Position numbers and translations under genes: made by a program. The notes beneath the pieces were generated by a model. The model made no database searches. It saw only the letters and a program-made list of their open reading frames with translations, and was not told where the DNA came from. A stretch of 64,000 bases of DNA from Candidatus Latescibacterota bacterium (GTDB lineage: Bacteria > Latescibacterota > UBA2968 > GCA-2709665), in NCBI GenBank assembly GCA_965203805.1, contig OZ241917.1, positions 448,001 to 512,000 of the forward strand, read 5' to 3'. This document shows, piece after piece, positions 49,313 to 59,392 of this stretch. Within the stretch, counting starts at the first letter, position 1. The number at the start of each line of letters is the position of its first letter.

Positions 49313-51025
49313 TCAGTTCGGATTCGGGTGGTAGACGGCCTCAATCGAAGTCCCGGACGATTCGCCGGACAGGGGCGCGAGGCAGACGCGTTCCCGGTAT
49401 CGGCGTTCCGTATCCGGTCGCGTGACGCTGCCGTCGACGAGGATCTCCTTCATCGGCGCGCCTGCGAATTCCCGTGGAATCTGGATGCGGAGATCGGGAT
49501 GAGACGAACGGCCCTGTAGGTTGAAGCTCAGTCGTGAACCGTCCCATTGCAGGTCGGTGATTCGCCACGTATCGCGTGCGCTCCAGAAGGCCGCCCATTG
49601 GTCGAAGGACCAGATCGGCAGGCCGAATTTGTTTGCCTGTCGCAGCAGTTCCCGGCCCTGGTCCTCGGAGAACCTGGCCCAGTTTCCCGGGTGGATGCAG
49701 ACGCCGTAGGGGGTGTGGAACCGGGTCGTGATATCGATGAAGATTCGCTCCAACATCACCGAGAACACGGGTGCAGACAGCTTGTAGGAGTAGTCCTGCT
49801 GGCCGAACCAGCCGTCGTCGATTACGTGGGTGTGCTGCTGGTAGACGTTGACGAGGCGGCCGTCCGGGTGGCAGAAGCGCATCGGGAGCGCCGCTCCGAA
49901 GGCCGCGTAGGGCGCGCTCTCCCTGTCTCTCATATAGGTTCCTGAAAAGTAGTTGCCGTCCATCTGAATGCCCAGTTTTTCCATGACGTCCACGAGGTCC
50001 AGGTAGCCGGCCCATGCGGTGCAGTGATTGCGCACGGTACGTGCGGGAATTCGGAACTTCTCCTGGAACATGCGGACCTGGCGCTCGAATTCGGCCACGC
50101 GCTCCTCTACCGGACGGCCATCCAGCGGGCGAAGGTTCGGGTGCGGCCCGACGTCGTGGGCGCCGGCGTATCTCGCCACGTCTTCGGGCGTTGATTTCGT
50201 ATGGTTTGGGATGATGTACAGGCTCATGCGCCCTCCGGCATCGGCGACGCCCCTGAATTCATCCTCGTTCGAAGCAACGTCGGCGTAGTCCTCGTCGCCG
50301 GAGTATAGCAGGATGCCCCGCGCGGTGCCGGGAAGGTGGGACAGAAAGGGCGCCGGAGCGGGCAGATACCGGCGGGTCAGGTCCACGAGCAGCCGGGAGA
50401 GCAGATCGGCATGAGGAATCCACCCGGCATCGTACGGGCCCACCCGCGCGGCCATGTGCGTTGGCCGGGCGCACCCGTCACCGGCGGGAATGCGCTCTGC
50501 AAGGCCGGGATCGCCCTGGCGCAGCAGGAGCACGCAACGGGGCAGGTCGAAGGCGAAGGCGACGATACGTCCGCTGCCGAGGCGGGTCTCCGAAATGCCG
50601 ACGGTTTCGCCGTCATAGCGTCCCGGGTGAGACAGGAAGGCCAGCGGTTTGGCGGTTTCCGAATGTTCCCACGCGTGAACGGACCCCACGACAGGGACGA
50701 GTTCACCGGCCAGGCCGCCGGTGGGATACCCGACGTTCCGCAGCCGCTGCGGCGGTTCTTTCGTGCCCCGCGCCTTCAGCCCGGCCGCGCGCGCAAGCGC
50801 CCTTCCCGGCAGGAAACAGACAACCGTGCCTCCCCTCCGGGCGTAATCCATGAGCCGGGCATCGTCCTGATGGGCTGGACACACGAGTACGGGAATCCCG
50901 GCGGGCCGCAGGTTGGGCAACCGGTCGCGGGTAACAGGCGCAATGAGCGGCAGCCCCCAGGTCTTGAAGATCTCGGCGATATACGTCGAGAGATTGGAAC
51001 GGCCTGTCAGGATGCCGATCTGCAT
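49313..51025 (-). CDS. Hypothetical protein with polysaccharide-deacetylase-like C-terminal domain
   Basis: SGDED, H.VGPHP, RNH, CIHP. Confidence 0.6.
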   Translation of the reverse strand: MQIGILTGRSNLSTYIAEIFKTWGLPLIAPVTRDRLPNLRPAGIPVLVCPAHQDDARLMDYARRGGTVVCFLPGRALARAAGLKARGTKEPPQRLRNVGYPTGGLAGELVPVVGSVHAWEHSETAKPLAFLSHPGRYDGETVGISETRLGSGRIVAFAFDLPRCVLLLRQGDPGLAERIPAGDGCARPTHMAARVGPYDAGWIPHADLLSRLLVDLTRRYLPAPAPFLSHLPGTARGILLYSGDEDYADVASNEDEFRGVADAGGRMSLYIIPNHTKSTPEDVARYAGAHDVGPHPNLRPLDGRPVEERVAEFERQVRMFQEKFRIPARTVRNHCTAWAGYLDLVDVMEKLGIQMDGNYFSGTYMRDRESAPYAAFGAALPMRFCHPDGRLVNVYQQHTHVIDDGWFGQQDYSYKLSAPVFSVMLERIFIDITTRFHTPYGVCIHPGNWARFSEDQGRELLRQANKFGLPIWSFDQWAAFWSARDTWRITDLQWDGSRLSFNLQGRSSHPDLRIQIPREFAGAPMKEILVDGSVTRPDTERRYRERVCLAPLSGESSGTSIEAVYHPNPN

Positions 51026-52197
51026 CACGAGGTCCCTTCGGGTATCGTGCCGGCGGGCCTGGCGTCTGCGGGACGGAAATCGGGGACGTTCATGGGTTGG
51101 GTCCCGCGGTTGATGGATTCCGCCGCCAGGATGGCTGGCGCGGCGGTCTCGATTGCCCGGTACACGTCGAATTCCAGGGCCTTCGCTTCGCGGACGGCGT
51201 CCCGGAACGCGGCGTGAACGTAGTAGTCGGCGTCGCCGTGGCCGCTTGCCCGCGCTTCGGCGGGCGCGTCGGTACGCTCAAAGCGCCAGTCGACCTCGGC
51301 CATGTCGTGCATCTGGTCGTCGGCCAACCACATGAGCGGACGCCCTTTCTGCGAACGCTTCCATTCAACGCTGCCCCTGGTACCGAGCACCTGGTACCAG
51401 TGGTGACCCCGGCTGCTGGGGATCTTCTGCGTGAATCCGGCGGCCATCCTCAGGATCGCATCATTTTCTGTCTTCATCAGCGCCACCTGGATATCGGGCT
51501 GGCCGATTTCCGGATGGGAATAGCTGGGCGGCGCCGTGCTCATGGCCGTCACTTCCACCACGCGGTCGTCCAGTACCCTGAGCATCGGGCTGAGTTCGTG
51601 GGGAAGGTAGTGGATGGGCGGCATATCGTGGCGCCAGGTCGGCCTGGCAGCGGCGTTTTCCCCCAGCTGCTCTACGGAATGGAATGTACCCGTGTCCGGG
51701 TCCTGAAAGAACTGACGGGTGCCGTAGTACCCGATATACTGGCCTTCGCAGAAGGTGACCCTGCCCAGCCGTCCGCTCGCCACCAGGTCCCGCCAGGTGT
51801 CCACGAAACCCCAGAATCTCGTTTGTTCGGCCAGCTGGTAGACCAGGCCCGTTCGCTCGACCTGCGTGACAATGCGCCAGCAGTCTTCCAGAGTATGGGC
51901 CGCCGGAACCTCGGAGTTCACGTGTTTGCCTGCTTCCAGGGCCATGGCCGCCAGTGCGCCCTGCTCCCTGCAGCGGACGCACAGGGCAATGGCGTCCACG
52001 TTATCGTCGGCGAGGATGTCATCGTAAACCGCATACGCTCTGGCCGGGTTCTCGATCGCGGCGAGCGCCCGTTCGTGCAGTGCGGCGATCGGATCGCAAA
52101 CGGCCGTAATACGGTAACCGCGGAGGCGCTGTAGCAGGCGGAGCCAGTGCAGACCCCTGTGACCGAGGCCCACGAGGCCCACGCGAATGTCGTCCAT
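51025..52197 (-). CDS. Gfo/Idh/MocA oxidoreductase
   Basis: VGLVGLGHRG, GKHVNSEVP, GHGDAD. Confidence 0.9.
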   Translation of the reverse strand: MDDIRVGLVGLGHRGLHWLRLLQRLRGYRITAVCDPIAALHERALAAIENPARAYAVYDDILADDNVDAIALCVRCREQGALAAMALEAGKHVNSEVPAAHTLEDCWRIVTQVERTGLVYQLAEQTRFWGFVDTWRDLVASGRLGRVTFCEGQYIGYYGTRQFFQDPDTGTFHSVEQLGENAAARPTWRHDMPPIHYLPHELSPMLRVLDDRVVEVTAMSTAPPSYSHPEIGQPDIQVALMKTENDAILRMAAGFTQKIPSSRGHHWYQVLGTRGSVEWKRSQKGRPLMWLADDQMHDMAEVDWRFERTDAPAEARASGHGDADYYVHAAFRDAVREAKALEFDVYRAIETAAPAILAAESINRGTQPMNVPDFRPADARPAGTIPEGTS

Positions 52198-52329
52198 TGG
52201 GAATCTCCGGTCGTTGTCCGGCGGACGGCGGCGATGGAATGCCGGGCCCGCATCATGCGGCCGCGGCGGGAGCCTCACGAATATAAGAATCTTCGACCGT
52301 CGCGCAAGCGCATCTATCCGCAGCCGCTC

Positions 52330-53574
52330 TCACGGCGACTCCGGTGCTTTGTCCGCGGGTCTTTCGGGACCGGGATCGGATGCGCGATGAACGTAGTACA
52401 GACAGATACCGCAGGCCACCGCCCCCAGGGCGAATACGGCGCCGATGGCGAAGGGCACCGACGTACCCCAGTCGATGAGTTTGCCTCCGCCAAGGCTGCC
52501 GGAGAGCATGCCGGCGCTCCATGCCACGTGCGCGCTGCCGACCACCCGGCCCTCTTCACCCTCCCGGGCGGTCAACTGGAGGATACCCGGCATGGTGGTG
52601 GAAAGGGACCATGCGAAGACGGATGCCACGATCCCGAAGATGTACAGCCCGGCGAGGGTGTGCGCCGTAAGCGTAAGGCCCACGGCGCTGACGGCCACGA
52701 GCGAGGACGAGATGAACACCGGCCTCCAGCGGCCGATGCGATCGACCAGCCGGCCCGTCAGCAACTGCGAGCCGCAAGCGGCGATCAGGCTGACGGCGCT
52801 GTACGTGGTGACCGACGTGTTGGTCCCGGAGATCCGGAAGATGAGCAACGGGATGAGCAGAGTCACGGCGCCCCAGTAGCTGGTGGGCAGGTACCGGATG
52901 GCCAGCAGCAGACGGACTTCGCGGCGGCGGCACAGGTCGATGAACCCGGCAAGAGAACGGGTGGCCGACCCGCCTGCATTCCGGGGACGGGGCAGGCTGG
53001 GCAACAGGACGAGCGACAAAATGACGATACCCGCGGCGGTGACACAGGCCAGCACCCCGAGGCGTTCGTATCCCAGGTTGTCGGCGATGGGTCCGGCCAG
53101 CAGGTTTCCCGCGGCGCTGCCGAGCGTGCTGCTCAGGAAATACCCGCCAGCCGCCATGCCCAGAACACGCGGCGGCACGGCGCCCAGCAGATAGCTCTGC
53201 CCGCCCGTGCTGCTGAATCCGAAGGTCATGCCCAGACCGATACAGAGTGCGGACAGGAGATACGGATCGCCGGTGAGAAAGATGGCCCCCGCCAGCAGCG
53301 GTCCGAACTGGCCCAGAATCAGCACCCGCTTGATGCCGAAGGCGTCGCACAGCATGCCGGCGGGTACGGAACAAAGGCCCCCCAGCATGAAGAAGAGGCC
53401 GCGCAATCCGGCCGAAAAGAGGGGGGACCGGGCAAGACCGGCTTCCACGTAAACGGGAAGAAGTGAGGAATAGAGAGGGCTGGAGACGAAACTGGCAAGA
53501 AAGGAAACGAGGAGCAGGGCGACGAACCGGCGGTTCAGCAACGCCTTCAGGCCTGCGGAGGATGGATCGGTCAT
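52330..53574 (-). CDS. MFS transporter
   Basis: 12 TM pattern, GMLCDAFGIK and GRLVDRIGRW motif-A loops; start MTDP at 53574. Confidence 0.9.
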   Translation of the reverse strand: MTDPSSAGLKALLNRRFVALLLVSFLASFVSSPLYSSLLPVYVEAGLARSPLFSAGLRGLFFMLGGLCSVPAGMLCDAFGIKRVLILGQFGPLLAGAIFLTGDPYLLSALCIGLGMTFGFSSTGGQSYLLGAVPPRVLGMAAGGYFLSSTLGSAAGNLLAGPIADNLGYERLGVLACVTAAGIVILSLVLLPSLPRPRNAGGSATRSLAGFIDLCRRREVRLLLAIRYLPTSYWGAVTLLIPLLIFRISGTNTSVTTYSAVSLIAACGSQLLTGRLVDRIGRWRPVFISSSLVAVSAVGLTLTAHTLAGLYIFGIVASVFAWSLSTTMPGILQLTAREGEEGRVVGSAHVAWSAGMLSGSLGGGKLIDWGTSVPFAIGAVFALGAVACGICLYYVHRASDPGPERPADKAPESP

Positions 53575-53760
53575 TGGTGAACCGGATGTGGGCGATTCGC
53601 GTTCGAAAGCGCTGGACAACAAAATGCCGCGAAAACATATTATGGATGATCGCAGCCCGGATGTCAACCCAAAAGGGGATTCGGATACCCCGCGTTGAGG
53701 AGGACGCCGAGCAGATACATGAACGTGTAGTCGACGGGTGACGGTGGAAAGGCGTACGGC

Positions 53761-54291
53761 ATGGGGAAAGTGGAAAAAAAGGTGATTCCGGGCTGGACCG
53801 GGAGGTGCTATGAGGATTTCGCCGCGGGCGAAGTCTACCGGAGCCGGTTCGGCCGGACGGTCACGGGGGCCGACAACCAGCTGTTCACGCACCTGACCAT
53901 GAATACCAATCCGCTCCACTTCGACGAGGAGTACGCCCGGCGGACGCGGTGGGGGAAGATCCTGGTGAATAGCACGTTTACGCTTTCGCTGATCGTAGGC
54001 ATGAGCGTCCCCGACGTGAGCGAGCAGGCCATGGCGAATCTGGGATGGAGCGAGGTCCGGCTGCCCCATCCGGTATTCGTAGGAGATACGCTCTATTGCG
54101 AGACGGAGGTGCTCGCCGTGCGTGAGTCCAGGTCGTTCCAGGAAGCGGGCATTGTGACGGTTCGGACGCGGGGCGTGAATCAGGACGGCCGGGTCGTTAT
54201 CGATCTGACCCGCAGCGTAATGGTGTACAGGCGGACGCACGCGCCGTCGGGAAGCGCCTTTCCTGAAATTCGCGAGGAGACGGACGGGTGA
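53761..54291 (+). CDS. MaoC-family (R)-specific acyl-CoA hydratase
   Basis: YEDF..G, NPLHFD, ANLGW, PVFVGDT. Confidence 0.9.
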   Translation: MGKVEKKVIPGWTGRCYEDFAAGEVYRSRFGRTVTGADNQLFTHLTMNTNPLHFDEEYARRTRWGKILVNSTFTLSLIVGMSVPDVSEQAMANLGWSEVRLPHPVFVGDTLYCETEVLAVRESRSFQEAGIVTVRTRGVNQDGRVVIDLTRSVMVYRRTHAPSGSAFPEIREETDG

Positions 54292-55136
54292 ATGCGATGC
54301 GGTCCTGGCTCTTTGTTCCGGGACACCGGCAGCGGATGATCGACAAGGCGGCCGGATTGCCCGCGGACGTTCTGATTTTAGATTTGGAGGACGGCGTTCC
54401 GGAGTCCGGGAAGGACGCCGCCCGTCGGCAGGTCGCTGTCTCGCTGGGTGCGGCTATCGGTTGCCCGGCGCGGTACGTGCGGGTCCACCCGGCCGGGTCG
54501 TCCGAATTGAACGCCGATCTGGATGCGGTGGCGCGACCCGGGCTGCAGGGGCTCGTGTTGCCCAAGGTGCGGGGGCCGGAGGACGTACTTCAACTGTGTG
54601 GGCGTCTGGACCGGTACGAGGCGTCGATGGGGATGCGGTCCGGCGGTGTCAGGATGTTGGCAACGGTCGAAAGCGCCGCGGGCCTGGTCCAGGCCCCCGC
54701 AATTGCATCGGCAACGCCCAGGCTGGTGGGGCTTATGTTCGGTGCAGAGGACTTCGCGCTGGATCTGGGCCTCTTCTCGAACGCGGGAAGGGGGCTTGTC
54801 GCCTACGCCCGATCGGCATTGGTCGTGGCCGCGGCGTACGGACGGATCCTTGCCATCGACAAAGTGTTTACCGATGTCCGCGATCCTGGCGGACTGGCCC
54901 GGGAGGCGCGGGAGGCCCGCGACCTGGGACTTGCCGGAAAAGCCGTGATCCACCCGGATCAGATCAACGCGGTGAATGAAATTTTCAGCCCCTCGGAAGA
55001 CGAGGTGACGCGTGCCTGTCGAATCGTTGCGGCATTCGAAGACCGGCCGGCCGGCGGCGCGGCATCCGTGGACGGCAGGATGGTGGACCGGCCGGTTCTG
55101 AAGCAGGCGCGAAGGATTCTGGATCGTCTGGAATAG
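54288..55136 (+). CDS. CitE-family acyl-CoA lyase
   Basis: RSWLFVPG, LDLEDGV, LPKV, FGAEDF, GK.VIHPDQI, DGRMVD. Confidence 0.92.
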   Translation: MNAMRSWLFVPGHRQRMIDKAAGLPADVLILDLEDGVPESGKDAARRQVAVSLGAAIGCPARYVRVHPAGSSELNADLDAVARPGLQGLVLPKVRGPEDVLQLCGRLDRYEASMGMRSGGVRMLATVESAAGLVQAPAIASATPRLVGLMFGAEDFALDLGLFSNAGRGLVAYARSALVVAAAYGRILAIDKVFTDVRDPGGLAREAREARDLGLAGKAVIHPDQINAVNEIFSPSEDEVTRACRIVAAFEDRPAGGAASVDGRMVDRPVLKQARRILDRLE

Positions 55137-55148
55137 CGGGAGAACCCG

Positions 55149-56354
55149 GTGGGAGAACAAATCCAGCAGCCGCCCCTGGACGGAACGAGGATTGTCTCGG
55201 TGGAGCAGTTCGGGGCCGGTCCGTGGGGCACGATGATGCTGGCGGACCTGGGAGCGGAAGTCATCAAGGTTGAGAACCCGCAGACCGGCGGCGACGTCGC
55301 ACGGTACGTGCCGCCGTACACGACCGGCGAGGACAGCCTCTATTTCCAGAGTTTCAACCGGAACAAGAAGAGCATTACGCTGAATCTGCGGCGCCCGGGA
55401 GCCACGGAGGTGCTGCATAGGCTGGTCAGGATGTCGGACGGGGTGTTCAACAACCTGCGAGGAGACCTTCCCGCCCGGCTCGGACTCGATTATCCGGCAT
55501 TGCGTGCGGTCAAGGCTTCGATCGTGTGCTGTTCCCTCTCCGCGTTCGGGCGCGGCGGGTCCCGGGCGGCGGAGCCGGGTTACGACTATCTGATGCAGGG
55601 ATATGCAGGCTGGATGAGCCTTGCGGGGGAGCCCGACGGTCCGCCGACAAAGACCGGACTCTCGCTTGTGGACCTCGCCGCGGGCGCCCTGGCGAGCCTG
55701 GGCATGGCAAGTGCGATCTTCCGTGCGAGGCAATCGGGACTTGGGTGCGACGTGGACGTGAATCTGTTCGACACGGCGCTGGCGCATCTGGGGTACGTGG
55801 CGGCGTGGTACCTGACGAAGGGGTATCAGGTGCATCGGATGCCCGATTCGTCGCACCCGTCGCAGATCCCGTCGCAGGTGGTGCCGACCCGCGACGGATG
55901 GCTCGTGATCATGTGTGCAAAAGAGAAGTTCTTTCGAAATCTGGTACACGTGCTGGGAGCGCCGGAACTGGCTGAGGACAGCCGATTTTCATCGTTCGCG
56001 GATCGCCTGGAAAACAGGGAGGTTCTGGTTCCGATCCTGAAGGACCGATTCCGCACGAAAACAACCGACGACTGGCTGGCGCTGCTCAGAGGCAAAGTAC
56101 CCTGCGCTCCCGTGAATTCGGTTGCTGAGGCCTTTGCCGACCCGCACGTCGCCGAGAACGACATGATCCTGGACTTGCCGCATCCGCAATTCGGCGCCGC
56201 CCGGGTGGTAGCGAGTCCCGTCAAGGTCGGCGGCGCGTCGGTCCAACCCCGGCGAGGGCCCTCATTGGGAGAGCACAATGGCTTGATTCTGGGCGAGTAT
56301 CTCGGTTATTCCGACCATGAGATCGAGAAGCTCCGCAGTGACGGCGCCATTTGA
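55149..56354 (+). CDS. CaiB/BaiF family III CoA-transferase
   Basis: AGP....LADLGAEVIKVE, NRNKKS, PGYD. Confidence 0.93.
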   Translation: MGEQIQQPPLDGTRIVSVEQFGAGPWGTMMLADLGAEVIKVENPQTGGDVARYVPPYTTGEDSLYFQSFNRNKKSITLNLRRPGATEVLHRLVRMSDGVFNNLRGDLPARLGLDYPALRAVKASIVCCSLSAFGRGGSRAAEPGYDYLMQGYAGWMSLAGEPDGPPTKTGLSLVDLAAGALASLGMASAIFRARQSGLGCDVDVNLFDTALAHLGYVAAWYLTKGYQVHRMPDSSHPSQIPSQVVPTRDGWLVIMCAKEKFFRNLVHVLGAPELAEDSRFSSFADRLENREVLVPILKDRFRTKTTDDWLALLRGKVPCAPVNSVAEAFADPHVAENDMILDLPHPQFGAARVVASPVKVGGASVQPRRGPSLGEHNGLILGEYLGYSDHEIEKLRSDGAI

Positions 56355-56433
56355 ATGCAGGCATCGGAAAGGACAACACGGCCGAACCGCAAGCCGACCG
56401 CGGCGGGTCGGGCGCTACAATAAAGGAGGCCCA

Positions 56434-57279
56434 ATGGGCGAAACGTTAACCCTTCCGGCGCACTACTACCGGCAGCACGACGCGGACCTGGGCGCCGACA
56501 TTCCGGGGCGCGGGTACGCGGGCTGGACCACACGGATGCTGGATGTACCGCTTGAGAGGACGGCGCTGGTCAGCATGCATGCCTGGAATCCCGGGCTGGT
56601 CGACGAAATCCCGCCCGGCCCGGGTTCTCCGTACGACGGCTGGTTCCGCATGGTGGAGTATCTGCCGAGGGCGATGCGGATTTCGCAGGACGTGTTTCCG
56701 CCGCTGCTGCGGGCGGCGAGAGGAGCCGGATTGCCTGTCATTCACGTCGCATCGAGCGAGAGCTATACGGCGTCTTACGACGAATACCAGCGCATAAAGA
56801 CGTTGGCGGGAGACGCCCCGAACGTGGCCGCGGGCGCGGTTGACGATGCATTGAAGAAAACGTGGCAGGCGGAACGGGGCCGGCAGATGACCGGCGCCCA
56901 CAACCAGCCGGATATCGCGGCCGGGTTCAAGCATATCGATTTTGCGCCGCAGGCGATTCCGGAAGCCGGAGAGCCGGTGGTGATCGATTCTCACCAGCTC
57001 AACGCGGCCTGCCGGGAGCGGGAAATCTGGCACCTGATCTATATCGGGTTCGCCATCAACTGGTGTCTTCTGGCCAGTCCGGGCGGGATGATCGACATGG
57101 GGCGGATGGGGTACGTGTGCTCCACCATCCGGCAGGCGACAACGGCGGTGGAGAACGGGGAGAGTTGCACGGAGGAATGGGCCAAGGAAATCGCGCTGTG
57201 GCGGGTGGCGCTGATGTTCGGTTACGTGTTCGACGTGGATCCGGTACTCGACGCCCTCGGCCAGGTGTCGAACGAATGA
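56434..57279 (+). CDS. Isochorismatase/cysteine-hydrolase family protein
   Basis: RTALV, VIHV, LIYIGFAINWC; AAAGGAGG RBS. Confidence 0.7.
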   Translation: MGETLTLPAHYYRQHDADLGADIPGRGYAGWTTRMLDVPLERTALVSMHAWNPGLVDEIPPGPGSPYDGWFRMVEYLPRAMRISQDVFPPLLRAARGAGLPVIHVASSESYTASYDEYQRIKTLAGDAPNVAAGAVDDALKKTWQAERGRQMTGAHNQPDIAAGFKHIDFAPQAIPEAGEPVVIDSHQLNAACREREIWHLIYIGFAINWCLLASPGGMIDMGRMGYVCSTIRQATTAVENGESCTEEWAKEIALWRVALMFGYVFDVDPVLDALGQVSNE

Positions 57280-57314
57280 TGAACGGGTATGGTACCGACC
57301 CTGGTGGGCCGTGC

Positions 57315-57977
57315 CTACACCGCGGCGGCCAGCGCAATGCCCCCGACCGCGAGCAGCGAGACTGCCCAGATCAGGTCGAAGTTGATCCACTTCCGCCGCA
57401 GCACCGCGAGTCCCAACTTGCGATACACAACCCACGCGACGGCGCCCATGACGAGCCACATGGCGAGCGTATGGAGACCGACGGCCAGGAAGACGTTCGC
57501 CAGCGAGTCCGCATTGGAAGCTCCGTGCCCGTGGTGGGCGTTTGCCACGCCCAGAAGGGCGGGAATCACCATCAGTCCGGCGCCGTGGGCGGTCGCCATC
57601 AGGAACGACCACGCGAAGAGGTCTCCCGCGCCTACCTTCATCCCCACCCATTTCGGATGTCTGTAGTAGTTGAGCAGCTTGTAGATCCCGAATGCGATCA
57701 GGACGAGGGCCGTCGTCCACTGCAGTGCGGGCAGCGAGATCAGATGGAGGCCTGCAAGCACGAGGGCGGCGGCGAGGGCGATCGAGGCGGCGTGGCCGGC
57801 GGCGATGGGGAACAGCGACGTCCAGACGGCGCGCCCGCTGTTCTGCTGCAGACCGAGGGACAGCGCGAACAGCCAGCCCATTCCGGGATTCAGCCCGTGA
57901 AAGGCGCCAAAGCCGACCATCGCCAGCCACGGGCCCAGCCCGTCAGGAAGGGTAGCAGAAAGAGTCGGTAGAGGCAT
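57315..57977 (-). CDS. Membrane protein typically adjacent to SBP56 genes
   Basis: GAFHGLNPGMGWLFA, GH, AHGAGLM, W.NFDLIW. Confidence 0.75.
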   Translation of the reverse strand: MPLPTLSATLPDGLGPWLAMVGFGAFHGLNPGMGWLFALSLGLQQNSGRAVWTSLFPIAAGHAASIALAAALVLAGLHLISLPALQWTTALVLIAFGIYKLLNYYRHPKWVGMKVGAGDLFAWSFLMATAHGAGLMVIPALLGVANAHHGHGASNADSLANVFLAVGLHTLAMWLVMGAVAWVVYRKLGLAVLRRKWINFDLIWAVSLLAVGGIALAAAV

Positions 57978-59340
57978 CTCCTCCTTCCAGGCGGACCTGG
58001 TGGACGCGTGTTTCGCCGAACTCGACGAAGAACCCGGGGTCCAGTTCCAGGCCTCCATTGGGGTCGGCATTGGCTTTGGTCATCCAGCCTTCCATTCCTT
58101 CCGGATAGAACTGGTCGTCCCAGGCGCTGTAGAGGGAATTGGTAAAGTAAATCCTCCGTCCGTCGCGGCTGACCTCCACCATCTGAGGGCCGCCCGACGG
58201 CGAGCCGTTACGCTTCGCGTGCGGCTTTTTGTTTACGATGCCCCCAATCTCCACCTTGCCGGTCAGAACCGGCTGAAACGGGTCGGAAACGTCGTACTGA
58301 TGCAGTTCGCCCAGTCCCCAGCACGAGACGTACAGAAACCTGTCGTCCAGCGAGAGGTCGATATCGGTGACCAGGGGCGGTACGGCCTCGAATCCCTTCA
58401 GCATGGGCGGCAGATCCGCGGGATTGGCCGGCGCCGCCGGAATCGTGATGACCTTTCGCATCCGCCACTCGCCGTCTTCGCGGAACCAGGTCCAGATGGA
58501 CGCGGACAGGTCCGCCGTGCTGACCACCACCCCGGCGAATCCGTGGGTCTTCCGCGGATCGTGCGCGGGCCGGAGTTCCAGGAGCATCTGATTCTCGGGT
58601 CCGATGTCGACGGACGCGTCGAGCCGGCGCTTTCTGAGGTCCCAGAAGTGAAGCCGGTGGCCGTATTTGTTCGCGAGCAGGTCCTCGGGTACGACCCCGT
58701 TCTCGAATTGCTCCGGGGTGCCCCATTCGCTGCTCATCAGCACGTCCTCAGCCAGGTGCCACCAGAAATCATAGGCCAACTCCTGGGAGCCGCGATGGAT
58801 TTCCCATGGCCCGATCACATCGAAACTGAAGTGGTCCAGCAGGAAGATCCCGCCGGGACCGTCCGTGCCGTTCGCCGGACCCAGCGCGCTGACGTAGATG
58901 GCGTCGGGGCCGCAGTGAACGGTGTGGGGCCGGCTGTACCCGGACCTTGCCTTGAGGTCTTCGGGTTCTATAGTCTTGACAATGTGCGGTCTGGCTGGAT
59001 CCGGTCTCGTATCCACGATATATATGCGCGACGAGCGCAGGCCCGGCAGGATCAGGTAGCGTCGTTCCAGGTGGGGATGGGGCGCGTAGGGACACAGCGC
59101 CGAACTGCAGGCGTTCCAGCCGAAGTGGTGGAGTTCGTCCCCCACATTGGGCATGTGGAGGGTGTGAATCGTCCGACCGCAGGTCGGTGACTGCTCATCA
59201 AGATCGACGACGCAAAGCGCATCCGGTCGATCGTTGACGCCGGTATTGAGCGCCGTTACGTAACCGTACCGTTCGGGAGGGGCCTGCATGGCCATTCTGG
59301 CCGACGGATAGAAGGACGGGTCCGGTTTCCAGAGAGGCAT
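57943..59340 (-). CDS. Selenium-binding protein SBP56 (methanethiol oxidase family)
   Basis: GDELHHFGWNACSS, PHTVHC, YDFWW, LELRP, GGPQM, TNSLYSAWDDQFYP. Confidence 0.93.
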   Translation of the reverse strand: MPLWKPDPSFYPSARMAMQAPPERYGYVTALNTGVNDRPDALCVVDLDEQSPTCGRTIHTLHMPNVGDELHHFGWNACSSALCPYAPHPHLERRYLILPGLRSSRIYIVDTRPDPARPHIVKTIEPEDLKARSGYSRPHTVHCGPDAIYVSALGPANGTDGPGGIFLLDHFSFDVIGPWEIHRGSQELAYDFWWHLAEDVLMSSEWGTPEQFENGVVPEDLLANKYGHRLHFWDLRKRRLDASVDIGPENQMLLELRPAHDPRKTHGFAGVVVSTADLSASIWTWFREDGEWRMRKVITIPAAPANPADLPPMLKGFEAVPPLVTDIDLSLDDRFLYVSCWGLGELHQYDVSDPFQPVLTGKVEIGGIVNKKPHAKRNGSPSGGPQMVEVSRDGRRIYFTNSLYSAWDDQFYPEGMEGWMTKANADPNGGLELDPGFFVEFGETRVHQVRLEGGDASTDSFCYPS

Positions 59341-59392
59341 TTTCAATTGGCCTTTTTTTTGGGTTATCGGGTGCCGGCCGGGTACGGCACTC

